A stretch of DNA of 64,000 nt from Octopus vulgaris (lineage: Eukaryota). The notes below the pieces were generated by a model, which ran no database searches, was not told the origin of the DNA, and saw only the letters and a program-made list of their open reading frames with translations. Below are positions 41,871 through 55,503 of this stretch, in pieces. The position numbers were made by a program, and so were the translations under genes. Each line of letters begins with the position of its first letter. Positions within the stretch are counted from its first letter, which is position 1. The stretch lies in contig OX597817.1 of assembly GCA_951406725.2 (NCBI GenBank), positions 164,052,001 to 164,116,000 on the forward strand. The letters are read 5' to 3'.

Positions 41871-44289
41871 GTATGAATTCTTATTTTCTTCGTGATTCTA
41901 TAATATATTAAATTTTATTCATTCTGTATTTTTTCTTCCTTATGACGTAATTCTCACGTTTTTTCTTTCGTTGCTTTTATTTCTATCAGATTTGTCGCAA
42001 TATGAAATTGATCGATTAGGTTATTTTAAGAATTTTCATAATCTTCATCTTGTACTATGATGCTAGTCACAAAGGCGGCGAGCTAGCAGAAACGTTAGCG
42101 TGCCGGACAAAATGCTAAGCGATATTTCTTCCAGGTCGTTACGTTCTGAATTCAAATTCCGCTGCGGTTGACTGCCTTTCATCTTTTCGGGGTGTCGATA
42201 AATTGAATACTAGCTAAGCATTGGAGTCGATGTAATCGACTTTGGGGCCAGAATTTGAAACCAATATTATGCTATTCAAAACAGTACTTTTTGGGAAAAA
42301 CCAACCTTCCCTTTAGTAGGGGTGAGTATTGAAAAATAATCATACAAATTGCTTTGTTTTGTAAAATTAGTTTTTAAATGTTTAAGATTGTCCATCACCA
42401 TAGCGTAGAAACAAAAATTACTTCGTCGCTCCCGTTTCTCTACAGACATCGATCTATGGATGTTCAAACTAAGCATCAGTTACATCAATTTAACTAGTAT
42501 GGCAGGACATATCAATTTTATGAGCACTATCCCTCCGTCTTTGATTAATTAAAAAAAAAAGTCAGAAGGAAAAAGATATTGCAAGCGTTAGAGGTTTACC
42601 ACATCATCGATTCCACCTCGATAATTGTGTCTGCATCACTCGACACTGACCACCCAAGACTTAATTACTTGACGATTTATTTTTCCATATTGAGGTGAAA
42701 CTTGATATAATCTTATTTCGTGTTTTCTTTGCATCATTTCTCAATAAAATCTCCTATGTTAATAATATATGTACAATTATTTCTTCAACTGATATTTTCT
42801 ATGGCAATATATATTTTTTTCTCTTTGAACTAAGCTAACTTTCTCGTCTATAATTTACTCATTTTTTCCATATAACATTAAAAAGTAGTTGCAATATCTT
42901 ACATTTCTTCACTTCTTTCTATATTTCTGTTCTGCCAACTGACTGTCAGTCGTATATTCCAGTTTTCATTTCCTTCTCCCTTACCTGGTTCGATTTATTT
43001 CTACTCATATTTATCAGAAAATGCTATTGCATCTACTAGTACACTGCATATTGCAAATCTGATATATTTTAGGCTGTCTTTACTTCATACAATAGATAAC
43101 ATAGGTATTATTCATCTGGATTTTTTTTGTTTGTCTACATATATTTTTCCGTGCTGAGTTCAAACGTGATCTTAGCTTCCGCATGCTATCGATATTTTCG
43201 GAAAGAATTTTAGCTTTGTAGTTAGACATTCTATAATGCAACTCTCACCTGGGGCTAGATGCTGGCTTCGTTTTCATACCTATGTTGAGAGAAAAATTAA
43301 TCGATTTCATGTTGAATTTGCTGAAAATGTTCCAAATGACTGCATTTAATAAATAAATGACAAACTAAAAATGTTTGTTCCTTCTCGAACCATGCCTGGC
43401 TCATAAGAGCCGGTTTCCTTGGCGTATAGGTTCCCCACCTAGACGGGACGCCGGTCCGTCGCAGATAAGCTGCAACATGCAGGAGGAAAGTTGTGGCGAA
43501 AGAGTCAGCAGAAGTTCGCCATTACCTTTTGCCGGAGCTGCGTGGAGCTTAGGTGTTTCGCTCATAAACACACACATCACCCGGTTTGAGATTCGAACCC
43601 GCGATCCCTCGACCGCGTGTCCGCTGCTCTAACCACTAGGCCATGTGCCTCCACAAAAAAAATATGAAACAGTCCTAAAATTAACATTAAAAGTGCTTTG
43701 AAGTTTGCAGTTTTATTTTGTGACTGCTTTCATCGTTTTTAACCAGAGACGTTACATATTCACTCATCATGGCAATATCTCAGCGGCCTTGTTAGCTTTG
43801 TCGGTGAAATATTTCCCCGTGCTCCTCACTGATGACATCAAGGTTTTCATGGAGAAAACCAAGATGCGAATACAAGCTAAGTTCTTTTAAAAACACCCAA
43901 CACACACACACTCTTTTACTCTTTGTGTGTGTGTGTGTTTATGTGTCTGTGTATATATGTGTGTGTGTATGAAGTACACTTTTTTTGGTTGTTATAATTG
44001 CTTCTATTGACGCTATTTGTCTTCATGCAATGGAAATATTAATAGCAAATTAATTTCAATTCTCGTGAAAGAAACTTTGAAATACATTTAAACACTCTAG
44101 GTATCTTGTTAAAATCTTATGTGATTTGAATAAAATCTTATGTGCTTGATTTTATGACATATATAAGCCGGTCCTTTCTTTTACATTGGCGAGCTCAAAT
44201 TTTTACTACGATCCCTTAATTAATGAATAATTCCATTTAAAAAGTTCACAAATTTGATAAAAAGAAAAACCCAAACTTGCTATATTTAA

Positions 44290-44705
44290 TTCGGTTTTCG
44301 TGCCTACGATCGTGAATGTTGGGTAGTGACCGAAAGAGTATGATTGTGAATACAAGGGGCCGAAATAGGGTTCCTTCGAGAGATCTCTGAGGTATCGTTA
44401 CTCTTTAGAATGGGTAGCTCGGCGATCAGGGAATCTTTCCAGGTCGTGTTTCTCCGCATTGACAGATCACAGCTCCGGTACAAGTGACACGTGATTAGAA
44501 TGTCGCAAGAACGGATCTTAAGACGGATTGATTAAACTTATCTAACCGGCAGGAGGCCTACGGGTAGACCAAGAATTAGACGGGTGGATGATATCCATAG
44601 TCTCAGTTCGTTACGCTTAAGAACCCAGCTGAAAAATTGTAACGACGGTTACTTCTGAAAGGGCCCTATGCAGGAGGTGCCTGAAGACTCTACCCAACAA
44701 TCCTT
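44290..44705 (+). mobile_element. RTE-clade LINE 3' fragment (mirror copy at about 47705-48120)
   Basis: Broken translation ECWVVTER...IQGAEIGFLREI...HVIRMSQER...PTGRRPTGRPRIR.VDDI. Confidence 0.65.
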
Positions 44706-44959
44706 ACAGGAATGGTCGGTGGAGGAGATGGATGGACAACATCCTGATTCTGGATGTTATTTTAAAATAATTAGTACAAATACAGACATAGAAGCACACA
44801 CACACACACACACATGTATATAGATATATGCGCATATATATATATATATATATATACATGTGTATATGTTTGGGTGTGTGTATATATATATATATATGTA
44901 TGAATATATGTATATGCATATATATATCTGTATGTATGTATGTATATATATATATGTAT

Positions 44960-44990
<31 letters not shown>

Positions 44991-44991
<1 letters not shown>

Positions 44992-45495
44992 CGTAAATCC
45001 TGGAGTATAGTCCGCCCTTGACTATAATACGCAGAGGATTTTTAGGGGGCTAAACCTTCTGTATAATACGCACCCCTTCCCTAACTTGAGTCAAGGAGGT
45101 CTATATAACGTCCTTGGTTTATAAAAAAGGTATATGGTAACGTCCTTTATTATTATTGTATATATAACATAATGCAAACGTGTAGCTTTTTTGTGCATTT
45201 CGTTTGCAGAAATTAAAGAAAAACAGTAATAACAGTAATGACGTTTAATAAATGTTGCATACTGCAAGTTATGGATGATTTTTTTATGACTTCATTACTT
45301 TCAGACAATGAAGTCATAAGGTATTTTCGCGCTTGACATCACAAATGCATCTGAATAAAAATTGCTGGACAGCAAATGGAGACTCGGACATTGCTTAGAA
45401 AATAATTTTCATTTTTAACCTCGTATATAGTACGGACTAGGGATTTTGACTATTAAATTTTGGGGAAAAAATGCGAATTATACTCGAGGGTTTAC

Positions 45496-45497
<2 letters not shown>
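44991..45497. mobile_element. Tc1/mariner-pogo type MITE (second copy at 46878-47383)
   Basis: TIRs CCGTAAATCCT(G/C)GAGTATA...TATACTCGAGGGTTTACGG flanked by TA; non-coding. Confidence 0.8.
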
Positions 45498-45559
<62 letters not shown>

Positions 45560-45948
45560 TTATTTGAGGGAATAAAATCCAAACTTACAAGGAAAAATAA
45601 TTCAAATTAGAAATACTAAATCAAATTCCACACAATATAATATATATATATATATAAAATATTAGAAAAAAACACCTTTCAAATTAGAAATACATCAATT
45701 AAAATGAATAATTAAATTACACCATCCAGAAAATTACATTTAACAGAAAAGTTAAAATTACTTTTACTTGTTTCAGTCATTTGACTGCGGCCGTGCTGGA
45801 GCACCGTCTTTAGTCGAGCAAATCGACCCTAGGACTTATTCTTTGTAATCCTAGTACTTATTCTATCGGTCTCTTTTGCCGGACCGCTAAGTTACGGAGA
45901 CGTAAACACACCAGCATCGGTTGTCAAGCGATGTTGGGGGGATAAACA

Positions 45949-46029
<81 letters not shown>

Positions 46030-46484
46030 ACATATATACGATGGGCTTCTTTCAGTTTCCGTCTACCAAATCCATTGACAAGGCTTTGGTCGGCCCGAGG
46101 CTATAGTAGAAGACACTTACTCAAGGTGCCACGCAGTGGGACTGAACCTGGAACCATGAGGTTGGTAAGCAAGCTACTTACCACACAGCCACTCCTACGC
46201 CTATGTTCATATAAGTTATAATAATGCTTGCCACCAACTCCCTGAACTTAAAACTTTTGTGAATGCGATGTACCATGTTGAAGTCGGAGAAATCTGAAAG
46301 AAAATTAACATAGCTGAAAGAGAAGCATGATGTACATTTTGCACTGTATTAGATAGCTCGTTCACTTCATTAAAAATCTACTAACCCCCTCGCAAATTAA
46401 ATGGCTTAACACTGAAATCATAATTCTATGATAAAAATTCTTAATCCTTTTATTTTCCTTTTACAGTTTCCAGTTCCATTCAAC

Positions 46485-46572
46485 ATGATCAATAAAAGCG
46501 GTTGTTTAACTATTTTTATAGTTTTTTGCTATTTGGCCAATGTTGGAGTATTTTCCTTTCATTATCGCAGTG
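46485..46572 (+). CDS. First coding exon of a secreted Cys-rich protein gene; signal peptide MINKSGCLTIFIVFCYLANVGVFSFHYRS(G)
   Basis: Pyrimidine tract with AG acceptor (46466 or 46473), CAACATG start context, basic-then-hydrophobic N-terminus, GTATGT donor at 46573. Ends in phase 1, matching the 50806 exon (G+GT = Gly). Confidence 0.7.
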
Positions 46573-46865
46573 GTATGTCAACTTTTATCCGTTTTCTGTT
46601 TCCTTTATACATCGTTAGGACTTTCATATATATATATACATATACACAAAACATTTTAGAAAAAAACACCTTTTATCAATTCAAAATGAATAATCAAATT
46701 ACACCATCTAGAAAATTACATATAATAGAAAAGTTAAAATTAAAATAACAATAAAAAGTAAAGATTAAGTAGATTACAAAAATAATATAATGTATATTAT
46801 ATACATTATATTATTTTTGTAATTTACTTAATCTTTACTTTTTATTGTTATTTTAATTTTAACTT

Positions 46866-47383
46866 TATATATATATACCGTAAACCCTCGAGTATAATTC
46901 GCATTTTTTCCCCAAAATTTAATAGTCAAAATTTCTATTGCGTACAATATACGAGGTTGAAAATGAAAATTATTTTCTAAGCAATGTCCGAGTCTCCATT
47001 TGCTGTCCAGCAATTTTTATTCAGATGCATTTGTGATGTCAAGCGCGAAAATACCTTATGACTTCATTGTCTGAAAGTAATGAAGTCATAAAAGAATCAT
47101 CCATAACTTGCAGTATGCAACATTTATTAAACGTCATTACTGTTATTACTGTTTTTCTTTAATTTCTGCAAACGAAATGCACAAAAAAGCTACACTTTTG
47201 CATTATGTTATACATACAATAATAATAAAGGACGTTACCATATACCTTTTTTATAAACCAAGGACGTTATATAGACCTCCTTGACTCAAGTTAGGGAAGG
47301 GGTGCGTATTATACACAAGGTTTAGCCCCCTAAAAATCCTCTGCGTATTATAGTCAAGGGCGGACTATACTCGAGGATTTACG

Positions 47384-47426
<43 letters not shown>

Positions 47427-47570
47427 CATATATATATATATACATACATACATACAAATATATATATATATGCATATACATATATTCATACATATATATA
47501 TATATACACACCCAAACATATACACATGTATATATATACATATATATATATGCGCATATATCTATATACA

Positions 47571-47622
<52 letters not shown>

Positions 47623-48493
47623 TCTATGTCTGTATTTGTACTAATTATTTTAAAATAACATCCAGAATCAGGATATTGTCCATCCATCTCCTCCACCGAC
47701 CATTCCTGTAAGGATTGTTGGGTAGAGTCTTCAGGCACCTCTGCATAGGGCCCTTTCAGAAGTAACCGTCATTACAATTTTTCAGCTGGGTTCTTAAGCG
47801 TAACGAACTGAGACTATGGATATCATCCACCCGTCTAATTCTTGGTCTACCCGTAGGCCTCCTGCCGGTTAGATAAGTTTAATCAATCCGTCTTAAGATC
47901 CGTTCTTGCGACATTCTAATCACGTGTCACTTGTACCGGAGCTGTGATCTGTCAATGCAGAGAAACACGACATGGAAAGATTCCCTGATCGCCGAGTTAC
48001 CCATTCTAAAGAGTAACGATACCTCAGAGATCTCTCGAAGAAACCCTATTTCGGCTCCTTGTATTCACAATCATACTCTTTCGGTCACTACCCAACATTC
48101 ACGATCGTAGGCACGAAAACCAAATTAAATATAGCAAGTTTGGGTTTTTCTTTTTATCAAATTTGTGAACTTTTTAAATGGAATTATTCATTAATTAAGG
48201 GATCGTAGTAAAAATTTGAGCTCGCCAATGTAAAAGAAAGGACCGGCTTATATATGTCATAAAATCAAGCACATAAGATTTTATTCAAATCACATAGGAT
48301 TTTAACAAGATACCTGAGAGTGTTTAAATGTATTTCAAAGTTTCTTTCACGAGAATTGAAATTAATTTGCTATTAATATTTCCATTGCATGAAGACAAAT
48401 AGCGTCAATAGAAGCAATTATAACAACCAAAAAAAGTGTACTTCATACACACACACATATATACACAGACACATAAACATACACACACACAAA
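46866..48493. repeat. Right arm of the ~1.6-kb inverted duplication
   Basis: Example: GAAGTACACTTTTTTTGGTTGTTATAATTGC at about 43971 versus GCAATTATAACAACCAAAAAAAGTGTACTTC at about 48414. Confidence 0.95.
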
Positions 48494-48851
48494 TACACAC
48501 ACACAACACTAGTAAAAGTTAACAATCTGTAAACTTAACTGAATATGACAAAATTCAGTGTACTAATTACTTGACAGTTCAGAGTAGAATATTTATGCCC
48601 AAAGGTGACGAGCTGACAGAACAGTTAGTGCATCAAAATTCTTAACGGCATTTTTCCCGGCTCTTTTACTCCTTTACTCTTTTACTTGTTTCAGTCATTT
48701 GGCTGTGGCCATGCTGGAGCACCGCCTTTAGTCGAGCAAATCGACCTCAGGACTTATTTTTTGTAAGCCTAGTACTTATTCTATCGGTCTTTTGTCGAAC
48801 CGCTAAGTTACGGGGACGTAAACACACCAGAATATACACACACATACATAT

Positions 48852-48891
<40 letters not shown>

Positions 48892-50625
48892 GTATATATA
48901 TATATATGACGGGCTTCTTTCAGTTTCCGTCTACCAAATCCACTCACAAGGCTTTGGTCGGCCCGAGGCTATAGTAGAAGACACTTGCCCAAGGTGCCAC
49001 GCAGTTGGACTGAACCCGGAACCATGTGATTGGTAAGCAAGCTGCATACCACACAGCCACTCCTACGTTCTTTACGTTTTGAATTCGAATTCCATCGAAT
49101 TGGACTTTGCCTTTCGAGGTCAATAAAGTTTGTGTGTATGTAATCGACTATCCCGCTCCCTTAAAATTGCTGGCCTTGTGCCAAAATTTGAAATCATTAT
49201 TAAGCACATAACAACTGAAATATACTTTTCAATAAAGCGCGTAGACGTTGAGAAAGAATAATATGAATTAGTAAGTGTGTATTTGTCTGTGTGTGGAGGC
49301 GCAATGGCCCAGTGGCTAGGGCAGTGGAGTCGCGGTCATAGAATCGCGGTTTCGATTCCCAGACCTGGCGTTGTGAGTGTTTATTGAGCGAAAACACCTA
49401 AAGCTCCACGAGGCTCCGGCAGGGATGGTGGTGATCCCTGCTGTACTCTTTCACCACAACTTTCTCTCACTCTTACTTCCTGCTTCTGTTGTACCTGTAT
49501 TTCAAAGGGCCGGCCTTGTCACTCTCTGTGTCACGCTGAATATCCCCGAGAACTACGTTAAGGGTGCACGTGTCTGTGGAGTGCTCAGCCACTTACACGT
49601 TAATTTCACGAGCAGGCTGTTCCGTTGATTCGGATCAACCGGAACCCTCGTCGTCGTAACCGACGGAGTGCTTCTTCTTCATTTGTCTGTGTAAGTGTTA
49701 CACTGACTGACGTGAATTCGCTAGAAAATACTGGTAAGCTCTGCCAATACGTAAATGATGTATTTATAAAAAAAAACAGTTGGCTCAGACGAAGGGCAGC
49801 ATTTTAACTTAGAAAGGCGCCAAAATTAAGAACGTGTTGCAAATAATCGTGATTGGTCGGAAAAGATGTTAAACAATACAGAAGCAAACATGTCTTTTAG
49901 TTTTTATCTTTTTTATGCAATTTTTCAGGTAAATAAAATATGCAGTAGGCCGTATGTACAAACTAAACAGTCCATTCGAGTCAATTTTGTGTTTTTAAAC
50001 ACAACACAGCATATAAGGAATATTATCTCTGGATTAATATTTGCAGTAAACTTGCCTTTTAACGATGTATTTACATTAAGTATGATAGATACATTGATGA
50101 CTATTTTAATTTCATACTACTTTTATTGTATATAAGGATTTTTATTTTGCTATTCGCAATACAAGTAAATTTTTTTTCTCTGTTTTTCCTTTATATCTGA
50201 GGCGGGAAATTTCGTCAAAGCATATGGTTGGCTCTGAGTACACGCCATTGACAAGGCCCAAAAAGGTCGAATTGTATCTCGCATTCTCGCTAGCCGCTGC
50301 TGGGGCGATTTTCGTCTACCCCCGATATACATTGTGCTTTTAAGCATAGCACATTCGTAAGAGATGTTATCATTGGACGAGTACTGCAGTAAATTTATAT
50401 TTACATTAAGTATGATACATAGATAGTTTTATACACACACACACACACACATATATATATACATAAATTTAAACGAACATATATATACACATACATAAAT
50501 ACATACATACATACATGCATACATATATATATATCAATTCCCGAGTGTGAAACTAATACATCTGTTTGTTTTGTTTTCTACACCACCTGTCTTCGTTTTT
50601 TGGGGGGGTTTTTTCGTGAATTCTC

Positions 50626-50687
<62 letters not shown>

Positions 50688-50732
50688 GTGAAAATTTCAG
50701 AGAGAAATTGTTTAAAGCAATGTAATGTCTTT

Positions 50733-50791
<59 letters not shown>

Positions 50792-50805
50792 CTTTATCTC
50801 AAAAG

Positions 50806-50933
50806 GTAAACCACTGTTCCCCTGGTGTCTTGATGTATCAAGGCCTTACTGCGGAATTCGCTGTCCCCTCAGTGGATTTGATACAGATGGACGAACTGGA
50901 TGTCCGACCTGTCGCTGTCGAAATCGTTGCGAG
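50806..50933 (+). CDS. Coding exon, antistasin-like module KPLFPWCLDVSRPYCGIRCPLSGFDTDGRTGCPTCRCRNRCE
   Basis: AAAAG acceptor after a pyrimidine-rich tract, GTAAGG donor at 50934. C-x3-CP-x2-GF-x2-D-x3-GC-x2-CxC spacing is antistasin-like. Starts phase 1, ends phase 0. Confidence 0.85.
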
Positions 50934-50974
50934 GTAAGGTACACTCAACCGAAACTTCTTAATTCTACTATCTG

Positions 50975-51460
50975 ATCTCATAACCACCCCCGATCTTTCC
51001 CGCAGCAACTCTCCTCATTTTTTATAAAAACAGACATCTCTGTAACCTCTCAGTTAAAAGTTCTATAGCCCCCAGCTAAGCACTTTCAATGCCCACACCG
51101 CAGATGCTACATCGTTTTTACATCAACAATATTTCAACCATCACCGGCACTATATCACCTATAAAATTTCTCCTGCATGTCAACTAATATCACATACTCA
51201 ATCATTTGCAAACTTTACGGTGCCTTTTAGTTTAGTGTAGGCCGTTACCTCGTCGATCATCGTGCACATACATAATAATCTAATACGCAAACCAGGTCAG
51301 CCTGATGACACCCATTCCGACATTGGGTCACTCCATTACCTATCTATCAGTAACAGACATTTCTGCACACCTTGGTACCGCACACTCAAGGAAACAGACG
51401 AAACAACATATATTTAGACTTGGAACCGTAGCGCTTGTGAATTTGAATGAACACTTTTTA
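50975..51460 (+). mobile_element. Old Penelope-like element GIY-YIG endonuclease remnant (Neptune/Poseidon-like, distinct from the Naiad)
   Basis: Broken translation SCMSTNITYSIIC...GHSITYLSV...RKQTKQHIFRLGTVALVNLN resembles the PLE endonuclease C-terminus (IFRLGTLxPxGLN). Confidence 0.6.
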
Positions 51461-51575
51461 CCTCCGGCTCCTTCTCCTCCTCTTCCGAATACAGTGATCA
51501 CTGCTTTACTCTTTTCTCTACATTTTCTCTACAACTCATCCTCATCCATCTTCTTTTCCTCCTTCTTTTCTTTTT

Positions 51576-51609
<34 letters not shown>

Positions 51610-51731
51610 ACTTCCTGTCGACGCATACTCTCACATTGTTTTGCATTCTCTATCAGTTGCTGCCAGTCGCCCTAACATAGAGGATTTAAAAACTCTTCTG
51701 TCTTTCCATCTTTCATTAGCCCTAAAGTTTA

Positions 51732-51954
51732 GGGAGTAAAAATGTTCATAGTATTCGCGTAAGCGCGCATGTCCATACATACACATGCGCGCCTGCACAC
51801 CCACATACATGCGCCTATAAGCATATACTCATCCACCCTCAAGTGTGTTTCAAGAGGGCGGATGAGTATATACTTATGTACGTGGGTGTGCGGGCACGCA
51901 TGTGTAGGTGTGGATATGCGCACTTACGCGAATACTATAAGCATTTTTACTCCC
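51732..51954. mobile_element. PIF/Harbinger (Tourist-like) palindromic MITE
   Basis: GGGAGTAAAAATG / CATTTTTACTCCC termini, almost entirely self-complementary, 3-bp TTA TSD. Confidence 0.8.
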
Positions 51955-52330
51955 TTACCTTTACTCCCTCCACTCACTTAGCCATCATTCAAATAGCTCT
52001 TTTGTCTTAATAACGGTCAATCACACAGTAATTTCCCTTTGTTTAACGGTCATTTCTATATATATATATATTTATATATATATATATACAAGATAAGAAA
52101 ATGGAGAAATACATCTAAATCAAATATCAATTACCAGATAATACTCAATCACATACTTTATTAAACCACCACATAAGAGACTGTAGGGTTAAATATAAAA
52201 AGCAGAACAAATCAGTGTACATAAAGGAATGTACATAAAAAAGTGTACATAAAAGAGTAATGTTGTATAAGTAGAATATATATAAAAGAGAATATAAATA
52301 TAAGTAAATATAAATATAAGTATAAATTAC

Positions 52331-52457
52331 ATCTTACAGCTGTTTCGGCCATGTCGATAAGTATGTCTCATTTTACCAATATTAGCCCTTTATGGTTGGT
52401 CAATATATAGATATAAATGAGACATTAACAAAAATATCACAAGGCCTCTTCGGAGAT
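52331..52457 (-). ncRNA. Inverted copy of the same hammerhead (5' inverted terminal repeat)
   Basis: Reverse complement of 56613-56739. Core and junction stems are identical; differences are confined to the stem II extension. Confidence 0.8.
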
Positions 52458-52666
52458 TAGCAGTATATTGGATATATGTTATCCCATAAAGGGTTGCATT
52501 TACAACCCCTATCTCAATTTGTAACTATAGTTAACTTTCTGAGGAATATGAATTGCTAAAGCTTGTATACTTGAAGCATCCACTCATTACTCTAAGTACT
52601 GACAGTGTATGCGAATACACCCAAGTATAGTACATTTATTCCTGAAAGATCATTACTGCTGGTAAA

Positions 52667-53854
52667 ATGGAGAAAATACTAATCAATTCATCAATGAAGG
52701 ATGTACCTATCCCTACTAAGGACCACTACACCAAAGAGCTAATTTATAGAATTAATGAGTTCATTCACAGGATAAGATGGAAGATTTTCCACCACGAAAA
52801 CAGTGATAGCAAAATAAACCAAGAATGTAGGAACGAGGCCACCCGCAATGGTACAGGAAATACCTATGAAGAAATAATCAAACTAACTGGCAACACATTT
52901 AAATCTAGGAAATCTCCACCACCAAATAAACACCTGGATAACTTTGAACAGGAATTATGGGACACCATCAAGAATATAAAATTTAAAAACCACCCATTGA
53001 GGAATAACCCGCACCAGAGGAGGTTAAAGGAACTAATAAGAACTCTTAAGGGTAAGGATGGTATTTTAACCCATTCTGATAAAACTAGAAACATTTATAA
53101 TATTGACATCCTCACATACCATGAACTATTGCATAAAGAAATTACAAAGAAGTATAAAACTGTACCTTTCAATACACTTAGGGAACTAAACTTAGAGATA
53201 AGAGATATAATGTTTGATTATTATCTGGAAGATAAAACCGAACCTTATACCCCCATGAGACCGAGAATTACACTTAAAGACCATAAGGAAAACTTTCTTG
53301 GTAACACTCAGGTCAGACTGATTTGCCCTACAAAGTCAGACTTAGGTAAATTGAGTGAACTTATTCTAGACAAATACTTACCAACTATACGTAACAAGAT
53401 TAAACTCAGCCTATGGAAAAACACCCAGGGTGCATTGGATTGGTTCTCTACAATTCAGGTTAGTAATAGCAGTAGCAATAAATTTATCCAATTTGATATA
53501 CAAAATTACTACTCCTCCATTAACCCTATTATACTAAATAAGGCTTTAATTTTTGCTAAGAAACATACCAACTTAAGTATGGGGGAGATAAAGGTTATCT
53601 TAACAGCTAGAAAAACATTAATAGAGTTTGATAACAAACTACGGGCTAGAAAAGACACACGCAATTTATTTGACATCACCATGGGCTCGCCGGATTCAGC
53701 GGAAGTGACGGATCTAGTGGGGATGTATCTACTTGATAACCTTAATAGGGAATTCCCTGAATTAAAGGGCGGACTATATAGGGACGATGCTTTATTTCTA
53801 GTCAGAAACACTTCTAATAGGAGGCTAGAATTACTGAAAAAAACGACTACATAA
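52667..53854 (+). pseudogene. PLE reverse transcriptase (N-terminal part to the catalytic motif), frameshifted at the A-run near 53840
   Basis: Motifs KDVPIP, RIRWK, SDKTRNIY, TLKDHKENF, VRLICPTKSDLG, FIQFDIQNYYSSI, FDITMGSPDSAEVTDLVG, GLYRDDAL. NYLDV follows in another frame near 53910. Confidence 0.9.
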
Positions 53855-53919
53855 ATTTTTTTAAAGTTTTGGCTTATCCGTAGTTATTGAAAATGAAAAC
53901 TACTCTGCCAATTATTTAG

Positions 53920-55013
53920 ATGTCAATTGCAACCTTTCTAACGGCATTGCTGAAGGCAGGCTACAAAAATAAAATTTGGTATATACCCAATAATAATCCT
54001 TCGAACACAGGTGGAACTATTAGGAGTAGGGATATTAACAATAGGCATAGTAACATTGATAATATTTATGGTAATAATGGAGTTCATCTAAACAATAATA
54101 ATAATAGGAATAAGAATAACAATAAAGTCACTAATAAAACCAATCTAAAGGGGAATTCTAGGCATTATATTGACAATACTAAGGGTAGAAAGCATATGGA
54201 TTGGAAGAATAATAGAGTTTTTCCCAAGAATAACAACTTGAGGAGTAATCCACATAGTGATGACGATACTCTATGGCTAATAATACCATATGCAATGCAG
54301 ATTAAAACCGATATAGTCATAACTATACATAAAGTAATATATAGACTATTTACTAAGGGTAAGAATAAATTTAGCCAAATAATTAACAATAGAACTATTA
54401 GAATAGGATATAGTATCACGAATAATCTAGCACCATCATCTCCTCCTTCAACAACAAGAAATTGGATTGCTTCTATAATGATAGAAAGATAAACATGGGT
54501 AGTAGTGAAAATAAGTGCAATAATATCAACAGAAATAGGGCTACGGAGATTTCTGCCAGGGTTAAATCTCCTCAATCTGTTAATGGCTGCAATTGCAGAA
54601 GCAAGAATCAATGTGTGTTTGGTAATAAATGTCTGAGGAGAGAGGTGGTTTACCAATGCACTGTAAATACACAATATAATAGCAGGGTGTGCATTGGTGC
54701 GACTAAAAATAGTATAAAACAACGGCTAAACTCTCATAGATATACTTTTAAAAATAAAAATAGGATGAACTCTACGGGGTTAAGTACGTATATCTGGGAA
54801 CTCAAGAGTAAGAACATAGATTTTAAATTAGATTGGGAAATACTAACAACTGCACCTGTATACAATAGTAGAAATAAAAAATGCTCTTTATGTATCAATG
54901 AAATTTTCTTCATCATCAAAGCCGGCCAATCCATTATTAACAGCATTAATGAGCGAAATTTTTTTGCCTTCACAAATTGGCGTACACTTTCTCTAAATTT
55001 AAATAACATCTAA
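53920..55013 (+). pseudogene. PLE linker and GIY-YIG endonuclease, broken by frameshifts
   Basis: IRIGYS-x-TNNL linker motif, then CNCR-x4-C-x5-CL-x3-VVYQC...VCIGAT...KQRLNSHRYTF...STGLSTYIWELK...WEIL...CSLCINE. YIG appears as CIG. Confidence 0.85.
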
Positions 55014-55456
55014 TTCTTCTACCAGTAACCTTTTAGCATTCATCTATATAGGACTGTACTATTGGTCCTTACAATTTATAATTTATAACTTTTTTGTCTC
55101 CATGTATTTGTTCTACATTAATTGTTTCTGTCCCGACTGAACCCCACAGAGTCTTTTATAGGTGTAAGATGTATATGCGCATCATATCTTAGGACAGTAG
55201 TTTGAGTTTTTACTATACCAATATGTAATATGTAAGAGTCTATAATTACTATAAGTTGTTTATCTCGATGAGCATATAATGTGGGATTTTCTTCCTTTTT
55301 TACGGTTGGTTTGTTGAGGGTTGTGCGAGGGCGTGCATGCACATGTATGTGCATGTGGGTGCATTCCGGCGTATCCACTTATACTTACTATATTAGGTTT
55401 ATCTTTATGCCCTCTTTAATTTGTATTCCATTTTATTTATCTATTTATCTATACAT

Positions 55457-55503
<47 letters not shown>

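Larger units (their letters stand above)
43922..45500. repeat. Left arm of a ~1.6-kb inverted duplication
   Basis: Reverse complement of 46866-48493 along its whole length (unique DNA, RTE piece, microsatellite, MITE), with only scattered differences. Confidence 0.95.
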
